A stretch of 64,000 nucleotides of DNA from Camelus dromedarius (lineage: Eukaryota): assembly GCF_036321535.1 (NCBI RefSeq), contig NC_087437.1, forward strand, positions 16,866,001 to 16,930,000. Direction: 5' to 3'. Position 1 is the first letter of the stretch. Each line of letters opens with the position of its first letter. The position numbers and the translations under genes are program-made. This document shows, piece by piece, positions 12,739-25,969 of this stretch. The notes below the pieces were generated by a model that was not told the DNA's origin, did not search any database, and saw only the letters and a program-made list of their open reading frames with translations.

Positions 12739-14363
12739 GGCTCTCCACTTACGGCTCTCAGAACAGAGCATGCTCTCGGCGAGCCGCCTGCTCTCTCCGC
12801 CCCTCCCCCACGCGCTCTCAAATTCCCTCTTAGGCGTGTGGGCTGTGATGAGACACTCGTTAGGTGACCCATCCTTCCCTAGTGTGGGCTGTAGGCTTCT
12901 CGCACTACACTCTTCCTCGGTGTCCGCGGACGCTGAGGCCCGGCCGGGTCGCGCGATGTGGCGCTCTGCCCTGGCCCAAGGCGGCCTCTCCACGTCCCGG
13001 CTGACCGCGGTGTGAGAAAGCCCTGCACAGCCCCAAGCCCCGCCCTCGCGGCCTTTCTCCTGGAACCGCGCTTCCCGACCTCGGAAAGGGCGCTCCCGCG
13101 GCTCGCTAGCACTGGCCCAGCCGCGGAGGGGGTCGACGGTCGACGTGGCTGCGCGCCCAGCGGCGTCCGGGCGGCGATGGCTGGGTTGAGGCCATGGCTT
13201 GCATCGACGGCAGCCTGAGCCTTTAAGGCCCGGGCAGGCCCTCGGAAGTGGCGGTGCGCCGACCCACCTCCCCTCTCCTGCGGGTCAGAGCCGGGCTCTT
13301 CCCGCGGCCTCTGGTCCTTGCAGTGAGACGGACGCGGGCAGCCCGGCCTTCCAGGGGCGCCGAGCAGGACCGCACCGAACGCTCGTACGAGAACAGAATC
13401 CTGTTTAAAATCAAAACGAACCCCTTTTACAGCTCCTTTAATAGACCGAGCCCCTCTGTATGAACAGATCTCTTGAAGAGTCCGTGGTCCTGCCTTAGAA
13501 CCCAAATTCTTGAAAGTTTTATCTGGTTTTCTTTTAAACAAGTTTCGGTCTTTTGTTTTTTTGCGGGAGACCAAGGACACTGAGATATAAATAAACAAAA
13601 GCCTAACTTAACATCTGATCCCCCTCCCCTCCAAAAGAACAAAACCTTGTTTAAAAATAGAAACACAACGCAGGAACCATTATCTCTCGATAGACCAAAG
13701 CTATTCAGAATAACTTTTTGCATATAGTGAATACTCCACGGTTGCAAAGTGAGATTTATGACGTATACGAATCTTTTGTGGCACAAATACCTGTTAGTTT
13801 TAGAGACTTGCCACTTAGAGTAGAAATGAATAGTTACGGCACCAAGGGAACCCATATAACCTCTGATATATAATCTCTATTACTATTTGAGAACAGGTTT
13901 ATTTTCTCTACGAGGCCTAGCACAGTATCAGTATGGAAGTATTAAGCAAAAAGAACCTATTTTCCTAAATTTTGAAAAACAGAAGTTAGAGGCGTGCAAA
14001 ATATATTTGGTCATCTTGTATCTAGAAAATGACAAATAGTCTGTAAAATTCATTCCTTTTTAAAAGCCTCATCTTCCTTTTTTTTTTTAAATAAGAGGTC
14101 TTTTCTAAGTTCACCTTCAGATAAAACTGTTGTAATATACAGTTCTATTTTTACTCCAGACTCTTGAGTTCTGCAACATGCTGGCTGTTCTTCCCCAGAG
14201 GAGCAACATGGAGAGTGAAATAATCAGCACTGTTTCCATTCAGACAGTATAAATTAGCAGTCACTCTAGGCAAGTGATTACTTGCAGGGCCTTAACCTTG
14301 CTGATTGTCTCATAAATGGAGTTTTTTTTAATCTCGTGAGATGTGCACATCAAATTAAGATTA

Positions 14364-14366
<3 letters not shown>

Positions 14367-14432
<66 letters not shown>

Positions 14433-14468
14433 GAGACAGAAACAGAGAAAGACAGAGAGGCAGAGACA
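14367..14468. repeat. (GT)~30 microsatellite followed by a GA-rich tract
   Basis: Seen directly. Confidence 0.97.
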
Positions 14469-14716
14469 CTTAAACCAGTTCTTTTTTAACTTCCAAAATT
14501 AGCTGCAACTAGTGATGGATTATGGCACTTAGAGACAAAACATCTCCACATTGAAGTATATTCCCTGTCTAATAACTGTTTGGTTGTTTGAGCCTTACCT
14601 AAAAAGATAACAAATGAACTGTTTATAGAAAATAAAGTGCTTGAATCAAATATTTAGGAGAAATCATATATAACTCAAATTCCTTAAACTATCAACTTAA
14701 AGTAATTTTTTCATAC

Positions 14717-14846
14717 TTTATGTTTAATTATTATTTGGAAGTAAAAGTGTTAGGGTCACCAGATCTAACAAAAATACAGGGTTTATGTTTAATTATTATT
14801 TGGAAGTAAAAGTGTTAGGGTCACCAGATCTAACAAAAATACAGGG
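14717..14846. repeat. Perfect 65-bp tandem duplication
   Basis: 14717-14781 is identical to 14782-14846. Confidence 0.95.
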
Positions 14847-15180
14847 TGGCAGTTTAAAATTTTTAATAAACTTTTAATTTTAGAACAGTTTTGAATTTAC
14901 TGAATTATTGTACAGATAGTACAGATGGTCCTCATATATTCCACACCCTATTTCCCCTATTATTAACATCTTATGTTAGTATGGAACATTTGTCACAATT
15001 AGGGAACAAATATTATTAACTGAAATCCATACTTTATTCATATTTCTTTAATTTTTCCCTAATGTCTGTTTTCTGACCCAGAATCCCATCCAGGATACAC
15101 ATCACATTTAGTCACGGCTCCTTGGGCTCCTCTTGACACCCAGTTAAATTTTTGTTTCAGACAAACAACAAATACTAGTT
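14816..15180. mobile_element. MER53-like MITE fragment split by a minus-strand old L1 3' fragment (~14855-15135)
   Basis: agggtcaccagatctaacaaaaatacaggg resumes as cacccagttaaatttttgtttcagacaaacaac; intervening ttttagaacagttttgaatttac...ttattaacatctt L1M tail. Confidence 0.55.
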
Positions 15181-15972
15181 TCCTTCTTGTTATCTGTATT
15201 TCCTACCCATTTTGAATTAAAGCTCCCCTTTTCTGTCTTCCAAGATTTCCCAGTGCTTACCTCTTTCATTGCATTTATCATACTAGGGGGCAGTTGTTGG
15301 TTTAGCCCTGTCTTCTCCCCATTGTAGTGTAACTGCTAGAAGGTCAGAGTTTCTCCCTCTTTGTCTTTTATGATCATTACCTAGCATAGGATCTGACATA
15401 TAATGGGTACTCAGTAATTGTTAAAATAATGACGAATTACTAGAGATGCGATAACGTAAGTAAACACCCCAGTTCAGTGTGTAGTGAATAATAGGCATGG
15501 TCAAATGTTTGCTTTTCCTTGGGGAAAGACATAAAACGTCTTACAGATTTAAAGACTATTCTTACTTCAACTTGATCAATGTCAATTCTAAGATCCTTAA
15601 TAAAACCAGAAGTGTACTTTGATTTGAAACACTCAGAATAATCAATCAACAAGTATCTATTGATTGTACTATAGCACTTTGGGGACAATAAAATATATGC
15701 AGAAGTAGTCGTAGTTATACTTCCAAAGAACAAAGATCAGGCTAGCAGTAAGTCAGAGGGATTTTTCTGAGGGGTGAGGCTCTTTACAAAATTGTAAAAT
15801 AGTCATTTGCCCTCCTTTCTCCTCATCTTTTACCCTCCTTCCTCTGCCCCCTCCTTCTTCTTCCTCCACAAAAATCTATCTAGAGATAATGTTCCCTCTC
15901 CCACCTTCCCAGGTTGCCTTCTCCTTGACTGCCTAGTATCTCCACCCTAGAGCCTTCACCATTGTTTCCATC

Positions 15973-16334
15973 TGTTACGGACTGTCTGTGTCCACGCTCC
16001 CCCCCTAAATTCGTATGTAGAAATCTTACCCTCAATGTGATAACATTAGAAGGTGGAGCCTTTGGGAGATAATTAGGTCATGAGGGTGGAGCCCTCATGA
16101 ATGGAATTAGTGCCCTTATAAAAAGGGCCCCAGAGAGCTCTCATTGTCTCTGCCATGTGAGGATACAAGAAGTCAGCTATCTTCAACCCAGAAGAGGGTC
16201 CTCAGAAGGCAACCATGCTCACACCCTGATTTCACACTTACAGACTCTGGAACTATAGAAATCAATATCTGTTGTTTAAGCTGCTCAGTTTCAGTGTGTG
16301 GTATTGTGTTATAGCATGCCAAGCTCAGTAAGAC
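15973..16334 (+). mobile_element. MaLR solo LTR (MLT1A-like)
   Basis: TG...CA ends; aattaggtcatgagggtggagccctcatgaatggaattagtgcccttataaaa. Confidence 0.85.
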
Positions 16335-18028
16335 ATCATCCCTACCAAATTTTAACAAGTGCTTAACATACTGTCACTGTGGAAAGAAAACAATCTAATT
16401 AATGTCAATCTATGGAGGGTGATTTTAATAGCTTAATTTAAACTCAACAAGTCTTTGGAGGCTGGACAAAGCAAAGACTACTTTACTGGGAACAGTAAAC
16501 CAGATGAAATTAAACCAGGGCCTAATCCAAACCAATCCTGTTCTTTCCTGACTGTTACCAAATTTCATCTTCCATCCTCTGCTTTTTACCTTTAGTCATA
16601 CCTCTCTCCTTCTCCAAAGGAGCCCCTCAAAAGAACCATATCCTTTTGCATATTGATTCCTGTTGATATTTTTTCAATCACATTTTAAAAAATCAGTAAA
16701 TATATCCACTCACTTCGTCCAAAAACATTTATTTAGCAAATCTAGCACCTATTTATTTAATGTCTCAAATACTAAGATTGCCTTCAGCTTCTTCATCCCT
16801 AACTCTAGCCTAAATGAAGCAGCTGCTTTGCTGGTCATCTGCCTAGCACAGTGCCAGACACATATTAAAGTACCCACTAAATGTTACTGTTTTTATTCCT
16901 TAAGACACTTTCAAAACTATTCAAATGGCTATTAAATTTGCCCATTCATTTATGCAATCAACATTTATTGCCAGTTATATGCCAGGCATTCAGAATACAA
17001 AAATGAATAATTCAACAGTTTCCAGCCCTCAAAGAGTTCACAGTCTAGTTGGGGTGGCAGCTCTGTAACATAGCTAATTTATAATTCAGAGTGGTAAGAA
17101 TTTGGGGATGCACTTGATGCAAATCTAAAATATCTCAGTAGATATTTCTGTTACAGTATGGGTTAAACAAGCTTGTGTAGACTTTCCTAGGAAAATAACT
17201 GCTATTATTCATAGCATTGTTTCTAAGGGAAAATGTGTTCTGCATTCCAAACAGTCAATTTAAAACTGAATTTTTGGAACACAGCCTATTTGTCCCTGGG
17301 GGCTGTCTGTTTTGCCATTATCTAAGATCCCTATCTGCCTTGGGATAATTTACATCTCTTTACAGCTCCCACCTGTTCCTTATAGCCTATGGTACTACCT
17401 GAAGGTTGCTAGCCTCAGGGCCATCAACTTACTCTCAGGATTCAGCACATGACTGAAATAGTCTCTGGTCAAGCAGGTTGAGTCAAGCAGTTGGAACTAA
17501 AAGAGCCTCAGTCCTAAATTTGACTTTTCAAAATTTTACTATTAGGAATGGTAGTGGGGAAAGTTCATCAACTGAGTGATGAAGGGTTTGGAACTGCTGC
17601 TATGTGAAAGGAGAGAGGGAGCTGCTTAGGGACAGAGAAAGGGATTGCAGACATGGTTTCCAAAAGGGTGTATCTCTTGGATGACGTAGGAACTGTTAAG
17701 ATATCTAAGTAGACCCTCCTAGAAAATAAGGGTTTAAAAAATGATCTTTGAACCATGGAAAACCCCCAGGAACCAAAGAAACCCTGAGAAGGAAGAACAA
17801 AACAGGAGGCATCACACTTCCTGATTTCAAGCTATACTACAAAGCTAGTACACTATCACTATGGTCATCAAAACAGTATGGTACTGTCATAAAAACAGAC
17901 AAATAGACCAATGGAACTGAATAATGAGCCAGGAAATAAACCTAAACATATACGGTCAACTAACATTTGACAAGGGAACCAAGAACACTCAATGGAGAAA
18001 AGACAGTCTCTTCAATAAATGATGCTGG

Positions 18029-18118
18029 TGGGGGAGGGTATAACTCAGTGGTAGAGTGCGTACTTAGCATGCACCAGGTCCTAGGTTCATTCCCTGTACC
18101 CCCATTCAAAAATAAATA
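18029..18118 (+). mobile_element. tRNA-Ala-derived SINE (short form) nested in L1
   Basis: tRNA-like head; TSD aataaatgatgctgg (18014-18028) / aataaatggtactgg (18119-18133). Confidence 0.88.
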
Positions 18119-18981
18119 AATAAATGGTACTGGGATAACTGGATATTCACATGTGAAAGAGTGAAACCGAACCCATATCTTATACCACTGACAGAAATTA
18201 ACTCAAAATGGATTAAAGACAAATGTTAAGACCAGAAATCATTAAACTCCTAGGAAAAAAACATAGAACTAAAGCTCCTTGACATGGGTCTTAGCAATGA
18301 TTTTTTGGATATGACATCCAAAGCACAAGCAACAAAATAAAAACTAAACAAGTGGGGCTACATCAAACCAAAAAGCTCTGCACAGAAAAAGAAACCATCA
18401 ACAAAAAAACTGTGGAATGGAAAAAAATATTTGCAAACCATTTATCTGATAAGGGGTTAATATCCAAAATATAAAAAGAACTCATACAACTCAATAAAAA
18501 AAAAAACCTAATAATACAATTTAAAAATGGGCAAAGGTCCTAAACAGACATTTCTCCAAAGAAGATATACAAAAGCCAAGAGGTACATGAAAAGATTCTC
18601 AACATCACTAGTCATTAGGCAAACGCAAATTAAAACCACAGAGAGATATCATTTCTCGTCTATTAGAATGGCCATTATCAAAAAGACAGATACAGCAAAT
18701 GCTAGTATTGATGTGGGAAAAGGGGAACCCTGATGTGCTGTTGGTGGGATTCTAAATTTGTATAGCCACTGTGAAAAACAGCATGGAGGATCCTCAAAAA
18801 ATCAAAAATAGAAATACCATATGATCCAGTAATTCCACTTCTGGGAATATATCCAAAGGAAATGAAAACGTTAACTCAAAAAGATAAATGCACCCCCATG
18901 TTCACTGTAGCATTACTTACAATAGCCAAGATACGGAAACAACCTAAGTGTCCATCTATGGATAAAGAAGTTGTGGCATGC

Positions 18982-18989
18982 ATATATAT

Positions 18990-19058
<69 letters not shown>

Positions 19059-19086
19059 CATACATACACACACCCACACATACACA
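18982..19086. repeat. (TA)n(CA)n compound microsatellite inside L1
   Basis: Seen directly. Confidence 0.95.
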
Positions 19087-19377
19087 ATGGAATATCATTC
19101 AGCCATTAAAAAATAAGGAAATCCTACCATTCTCAACAACATGGATGGACCCTGAAGGCATTATGGTAAGTGAAATAAGTTAGCCAGAGAAAGACAAATC
19201 TGTATGATCCCATTTACATGTGAAATCTAAAAATAACAAAATCATACAAAAAAAGATCAGACTTGTGTTTACCAGAGAGGGAGGGCAGGGGAAAGGGGAT
19301 TAGAGAAGGGTGGTCAAAATGTACAAACTCTCAGGTATAAGATAAATAACTTCTAGGGATGTAATGTACAATATGAA

Positions 19378-19913
19378 TGTTACGAAGTCCGAACTCATTC
19401 TGCTCACCACATGACAGGCCAATAAATAGGGAGACGAGGTGTTGGGGCAAGGAATAGTGAATTTATTTGGAAAGCTGGCAGACCGAGAAGATGGCAGACT
19501 AATTTCCTGCAGAACCATCTTACTCAAATCAGAATTCAGGCTCCCTTTATACAAAAAAAGGGGAGGGGTGTGGTTGGTTCTTGCAAACTTCTTCGTGTAG
19601 GAATTCTTTGTTCCTGGAATCCTTTGTTTCTGCAGCTCTCCACGTGGGGCAAGTCATGGTGCCCCTGTAAAACCTCTAACAAAACAAACGATATTTTTTA
19701 TTCTGCAACTTGTTATCTTTATATAAGTGCAGAAGCATGAATATCCTTAAAGGTCAGAGCCTTGAGAATAGGCTGTCCTGTATATTTCAGGCAATAGGCA
19801 ACATTCGTTTACAACAGGTGCAGAGCTAGCAAGACTAAGCCTAGAAAACAGCATAGGGTTAAAGCCAAAGGAACAGATCTAATTTGGAGTCAGATTTGTT
19901 TATTTCTATTACA
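19378..19913 (-). mobile_element. ERV1-class solo LTR, 536 bp (copy A)
   Basis: TG...CA termini; 4-bp TSD tgaa/tgat; AATAAA on the minus strand ~19467; closely similar to 55620-56052. Confidence 0.85.
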
Positions 19914-20119
19914 TGATGACTGTAGCTAACACTGATGTATGATAAATAGGAAAGCTAAGAGAGTAAATTCTAAGTTTTTCATCACAAAGAGAAAGTGTTT
20001 TCATTTTTTCTTTTCTGTATTTTCTTTTTATTGTATCATGAGAAGATGAATGATAGCTGAATCTATTGGGGTAATCACTTAATAGTACATGTAAATCAAA
20101 CCATCATGCTGTATGCTTT

Positions 20120-20795
20120 TTATTAATTGAAATATATTTATTTTATAATGTTGTATTCATTTCTGGTGTATAGCATATTGATTCAGTTATATATACATAT
20201 ATATATTCTTTTTCGTATCCTTTATCACTATAGGTTGTTGCAAGGTAATGAATATAGTTACCTGTGCTAAAGAGTAGGTCCTTATTGTTCATCTGTTATT
20301 ATTCATTTTATACATAGTAGTTAGTATCTGCAAATCCCAGACTCCTAATTCATCCCTCCCTGCTGCCTTCCCCCTGCTGTAACCATAAATTTATTTTCTA
20401 TGTCTGTGAGTCTGTTTCTGTTTTGTAAATAAGTGCATATGTGCTATTTTTTTTAGATTCCACATTTGAGTGATATGATATTTGTCTTTCTCTGTCTGAC
20501 TTACTTCACTTAGTATGATAATCTCTAGGTGCATTCAGGTTGTGGCAAATGGCATTATTTCATTCTTTTTATGGGTGAGTAGTATTCCATTATACATATA
20601 CTACAACTTCTTTATCCAATAATCTGTTGATGGACCTTTAGGTTGCTACCATGTCTTGGCTACTGTAAATAGTGCTGCTATGAACACTAGGGTGCATGTA
20701 TCTTTTTAAATTAGAGATTTCTCCAGATATATGCCCAGGAGTGGAATTGCTGGATCATACGGTAACTTTATTTTTAGTTTTTTAAGGAATCTCCA
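20120..20795 (-). mobile_element. Younger L1 3' fragment inserted antisense into the older L1 tail
   Basis: tagattccacatttgagtgat, gtgctgctatgaaca, atgcccaggagtggaattgctggatcata; same family as 38493-39399. Confidence 0.88.
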
Positions 20796-21179
20796 TATTG
20801 TGGTAATCACTTCACAATATATGTAAATCAAACCATCATGCTATACACTTTAAACTTACACAATTATAATTGGTGTATGTCATGTATTTCTCAAAAAACT
20901 AGAAAATTCTTAGCCCCAGTCTGTCTTTGTAACTCAAAGGGGATAGGAATGAAGATTTTTAACCTGAAGTTGAACAAACTAGACTTTGTGAGCCAAATTG
21001 TCCTTCTTGTCATTCCTGAACTTTGAGAGGTAGCAATGGGATAGTGGAATTAATATAAACAAGTCTTTATTCTGTACTTACTATGTAGATTTGGGAAAAA
21101 TATTCAAGCTCTCTGAGACTTAGTTTTCTCATCGGCAAAACAGAAATAAAAATATTTTCCTTGAAGGGTTACCATGGGG

Positions 21180-22620
21180 AGTCATATATTAATCATATGT
21201 GTTTCTAACACAGGCACTATAAATACATAGGTGAAAAAGCCAGTCTCGAGGAGTTCCAGTCTACCAGCTAAGACAGAAAAGAATATACAGTTACAACGCA
21301 GTGCGACAAGTATTTTAATATGATGCTGTAAAAACATGAGAAGGGGTACCCAGCCAGATGTCAAAGCTCAGGAAAATATGGAGGAAGTGATGTATAAAAT
21401 GTGACCTGAAGGACAAGTAGGAGAAACAGAGGAGGGCAGGAAGAATCTCTCAACAGAAGGAAGAGCATGTAGTAGGGCATAGAGAAAGAAACTTGCCTAT
21501 TTGTGAAACTTCATATAGTTCAGTAGGGCTAAAGCATATACGGTACAAGAGGAAAAATGATAAGAAATGAGGCTGACTTATAAGCAGAGACTAGATTATG
21601 AAGAAACTTCTGGACATTATAAAGGTCATCCTAAAAGTAATGGGACATCACTGAAAATAGATTCTGGGGGGCGGGGTGCAAGATTAGAAGCTGAGAAACC
21701 AATTAAGAAGTATTTCACCAACAGATGGTCTTGGGCAGGGGTCAGTAAATTACAGTCCAAAAGCCAAATCTGGTACCTTACCTAATTTTGTATGGTGCCC
21801 AAGATAAGACTGATTTTTACATATTCAACTGTTTTTTAAAATAATAACAATATTTTATGACATATGAAATTCATATGAAAGTCAAATTTTAGTGTCTATA
21901 AATACAGTTTTATTGAAACACAGCGAGATGTTAGGAGATTGAATCAAGAGGACTTAGTGAGTGTTGGAATGTGAGAACGAGGGACAGTAGAAGGTGATGT
22001 CCAAGTTCTCTTATTTTGGCAATTATAATAATGAACACTTACATGGTCTTACCATGTGCCAGACACTGATCTAAGTTGTTTAAGTATATTAATTCATTAA
22101 TCTCCTCAACAATCCTATGAGGTAAGTACTATTTTTATCATCCTCATTTCACATATGAGGAAACTGAGGCACAGAGGTCTAGTAATTTGTTCAAGGTCAG
22201 CTAATGTGAGATGAGAATTAAATTCAGGCTGTCTGGTTCCAGAGCCTTTACACCTAACACTATTCTATAAATTCACAATAGGGAACTCAGCAGGAAAAAT
22301 AGATTTGGAGGGAAATGATGAATGCAGGTTTTGGACGTATACGATTTAACAGGGATGTGGAATATCCGAATGAAATGTCCAGCAAGCAGCTGGATGAATG
22401 AGTCTATTGCTCCGGGTACATGGGGGAGGGATGTAGGTTGCAGGGATAGATCTGGGAGTCAGGGGCATACAGGTGGCAATAGGAATCATGGGAGAAATAG
22501 AGGTAACCCAGGGGAAATAAGAAGAGGAAAAGGCTAAGAATGAAACCCTGAGGACCACCAATGTTTAAACTGAGAGCAGAGAAGAGGATTCTACAGAAAA
22601 AAAAAAAAAAAAAAAGACTG
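21180..22620. mobile_element. Degenerate L2 with nested hAT MITE (~21737-21925) and MIR (~22030-22270)
   Basis: L2-like purine-rich segments; caggggtcagtaaattacagtcc TIR-like start; MIR core atgaggaaactgaggcacagag. Confidence 0.65.
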
Positions 22621-23408
22621 GGAAGGTGTAGTTATAGAGTCAGGCAGCAAACTGGAAAGATTTTTTCACTTTTAGTGAGGTAGTATGTGTAAACACCTCA
22701 TGTAATAACCAGCATAATAGGCATCACAAAATGTAGCTCCTTTTACTCCTGAAGTCTTACTTGAAAGGTCCAGCTCCTTCCTAGCAGTGGTATGGGGCTA
22801 TTCCAGACTTTTTCCACATTCCCACATCTTTGAACTCCCATCTCACTTTGCCTTCCAATTCTTAGCAGAGGACCTTAACCTCTACTTTAAGAAGAAAATC
22901 AAGATCTCCTTCTTCCCTTAATCACAATATTCCATAATTCCCCATCTTTCTTTCTTCCCTTCTGCTTCTGGCTTCTTCCAGGACTTTGCTCTTGGTTTTC
23001 CCAAGTCTTCTTCAGCTGCCTTCCCTCATTGCTATATTTCCCAGTCCTGTCTAGCTATGCCATCTAGTATATGGCATCGCTAGACAATGCTTCAAAAACT
23101 ATCTTTTTAAAACCACATCTTCTCTCTCTTCCTTTAATCTGTCAAGCTTTTGATAGAATTTAACCTTATTTTACATTTTTTCATTAACCATTAATCTCTT
23201 CATCTTTGAAATCACACTTCTGCCTCCACCATTCTACTGAAGCTATATTCTTCAAAACCACAGAGGGCCCCGACTGTTTGACTTATTTATTGTCCAGTCA
23301 CTACTTTCAACAATGCTATGTTAAGTTGCCCTTTCTTGTCCCTGTGTTACATCTTGAGTAGATTCCGTAAATTTCTGGTTAAGAAAGTCCATTGTAGTTT
23401 AAAACTTT

Positions 23409-23908
23409 GAATCAGGAGTAAGTTTGGCTGAAGCCACAGAAAACCTAAAATAAGAATGCTTAAACAAAATGGAAATTTACTTCTTTCATGTTAAGAAAAA
23501 AAAAAAAGTCCAGAGGCAGGCCATGCACAGTTGGCATGGCCGTTCTACTGTCATTAAGGACTCAGGCTCTGTCTTTATACTCCGCCATCCAAATACATCT
23601 ACCTTCAAGACAGCTACTGAAGCTTCAGCATTTCAGACAACAGAAAGGAGGAAGGGAAAACAAAAGGGCCCCCCTCCCAGCTGAGTCAGCACCTTTTAAG
23701 TAGCCTCCAATTTTAAGCAGCCCACATAACACATCTCTTACATTCCTTTGGCCATAACTTAGTCACTTTGCCATGCCCGGTTGGAAGAGAGTCTGGAAAT
23801 ACAGTCTTTTAGTAGGTACGTGGACATGCCAAGTAAAATGGAAGTTCCAACTATGAAGGAATAAGGAGAGAATAGACTTTGGATGGCAACTAGCAGTTTC
23901 TGTCACAA
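23409..23908 (-). mobile_element. Old MaLR LTR (MLT1J/K-like)
   Basis: gcttaaacaaaatggaaatttacttctttcatg...ggcaactagcagtttctgtcaca. Confidence 0.6.
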
Positions 23909-25969
23909 ACTGTAATCTCACAATGTTTTAAAATCTCATTTCTTCCTCTCTCTTCTCTCTTCAAGATCTAGCTCCTCTGGTGTGTGGGTGCAGATAGGAA
24001 AAAATAGTGTAGTAGTGCACTTAAACCCTGACTGGAAGGAGCCTCTCTGCTGTCAGGTAGAGGGGTCCACAGAGCCAAGGAGAGTTGCCCAAGAGTCTAA
24101 GAAGTGGCCAAGGGACAGCAGTTGGTAATAGAGATTGGACACTTGGGTTGAGGTGAGCATGTCAGGATCCTTGAAGAATGAGAAAGAGTCAGGCTAGGAA
24201 GAGCAGGGAGGTGAGCCTGGGCCATAGTTGGGAGACCAACTCTACTTGCACTTCTACATTCTGGTGTGAAAGTCCAAGGACTTCAAAACCTCTGAATTCT
24301 AACCCAGCCCTCCATGTTGTTTTGAAAATATATTTGTCAAAGTAGGAGGATGAAACATTTTATTTAAAGTATGTTTGATTTATAGCATAAATACTTAGAC
24401 ATATGGTATGTGGGCTGCCATTTGTACTCTTGCCTTGGGTCCTGCAGATGATTGGGGTGGATCTGGACAAGTGTCTGCCCAACTGGGAAGGACTGCAGTT
24501 CTTGACCTGATGGTTGCCACTGGTTCTCTGGCTAACATTAACTGGCAACTGAAGTTTTCAGAGGCAGGCATCAAAGTGCAAGGTCTCTCTTAGGTGTGTG
24601 TCTGTGTCTTTCTGGGTGTCTACTCACATGTGCCCTCACATGGGTGAATATCCTGGCTTGGCCACTTCCAGGGCCACTTTGGTTCACACCCCCAGCATTC
24701 TAACCCACAGCCTTTTGCTTCTAGGACCTCCTTGCCTGCTGATAGTTCCCTTAACTGGGGTATTGCCGAAATGGTTCAATCCCAGCTATTGTCCCCAGGG
24801 CCCATCTAACAAGGAAAACTCATTCTTGCTATGAAAAATGGTGGGAGTTCAGACTACTCCATAGCCTGCCCCCATTGACATCTCTCTCCAGTTCTTTTCC
24901 CTTTGCTCACAGAAAGTCTGCTACTCAAGAATACGACCAACCAGGAAATCAGCCTCCCTTTCCCGCATACCCCTACTTCATCCTCACTTGGTGGTGCGAA
25001 CAGAGGAAAAGCCTGGCTTCCCTGGGAGGGAAACAAAAAGCCTCTCACCATAAACATACAACCACACGGCTGGACTCTTGACTCTCCATTGCTTTCCTCT
25101 TTTCCTATCATCTGGGAAGAGAGAGAGGGTTCAGGTGGTGTCTGGTGGCAGCAGGACTGGTTTTGTTGCCTTGGTACTGAGGAAGATGGCTGCAACAATT
25201 GAGAGGTCCTCTGCTTCATTATCCTCAGCTGTGGGCCCTAAGCCCCAACTGTGGAACAAAGATACCATTCAACAATACCAGCTTACTTTACTGTATCTTA
25301 ACTCTTATATTCCTTGACTGTTCTGAAAAGTTATTACTCGTTACATCTTCTGAAAACATTCTTTCTCCATAGTTCTGCAATTTCACACTGAGTTCTCCTA
25401 TTTCTGTGTATTCTCTTTCTCTTTCTCATTTGTGAATTATCTCCCCCAATTCAACCTGATATTTCAGATACCCTTAAATTGAAATCAGCTAGCTACATCT
25501 CTCGCTTATTAGACTGTAAGTTGTCTAAGGGCTTGAAACATTAGTTCACTTATTTTTGAATGAATGAATTCAGGCCATGGTTGTTAGCTCTTCTTATTTC
25601 CTAACCGCTGCCCTGGCAACTCACCACCCTAATGGATTAAGCTATCCCTTCTTCCTGAATAACGGTTATATCAATATCTCTGCTTTGACACCTTTTCTGA
25701 GCCTCAGATTCACATCTCTAGCTTCGTGCTTCCATCTTCACCTAGATGTTCTGTAGTCACCCTAAAGTGCATACATCCGAAACCAAACACATCATTTCCC
25801 CAGTATCCAGATCTCACATTGCTCTTCTCTCTTCTTTCATTATGACATGGCTATCTCTTTCTCTAAAGCTTATAACCTTGGAGTTTGACCAAGGTTTGAC
25901 TTTGACCACTTCCCCCAACAAGTCTTATCAACTCTTTTTCTTAAAAACAATAACAAACCAGCTTATTCC

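Larger units (their letters stand above)
11080..13400. promoter_or_regulatory. CpG island covering the MSL2 promoter, 5' UTR and exon 1
   Basis: Very GC- and CpG-rich relative to the AT-rich flanks; GC boxes (e.g. gggggcgggg ~12014); ETS-like ggaagtg ~11989. Confidence 0.92.
17750..20119 (+). mobile_element. 5'-truncated L1 (ORF2 C-terminal part plus 3' UTR) carrying a nested SINE, a (CA)n repeat and an LTR; its 3' tail continues at ~20800-20905
   Basis: ggaggcatcacacttcctgatttcaagctatactacaaagcta, aattaactcaaaatggattaaagac; ORF track TPMFTVALLTIAKIRKQPKCPS. Confidence 0.92.

Noticed and set aside
11370..13598. Long ORFs (277, 239, 148 aa etc.) in the MSL2 island
   Set aside because: Arg/Pro/Gly/Ala-rich low-complexity translations in several frames, expected from stop-codon scarcity in GC-rich DNA; no recognisable domain
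18862..19183. His-Thr and Cys-Val repeat ORFs
   Set aside because: Translations of the (CA)n microsatellite
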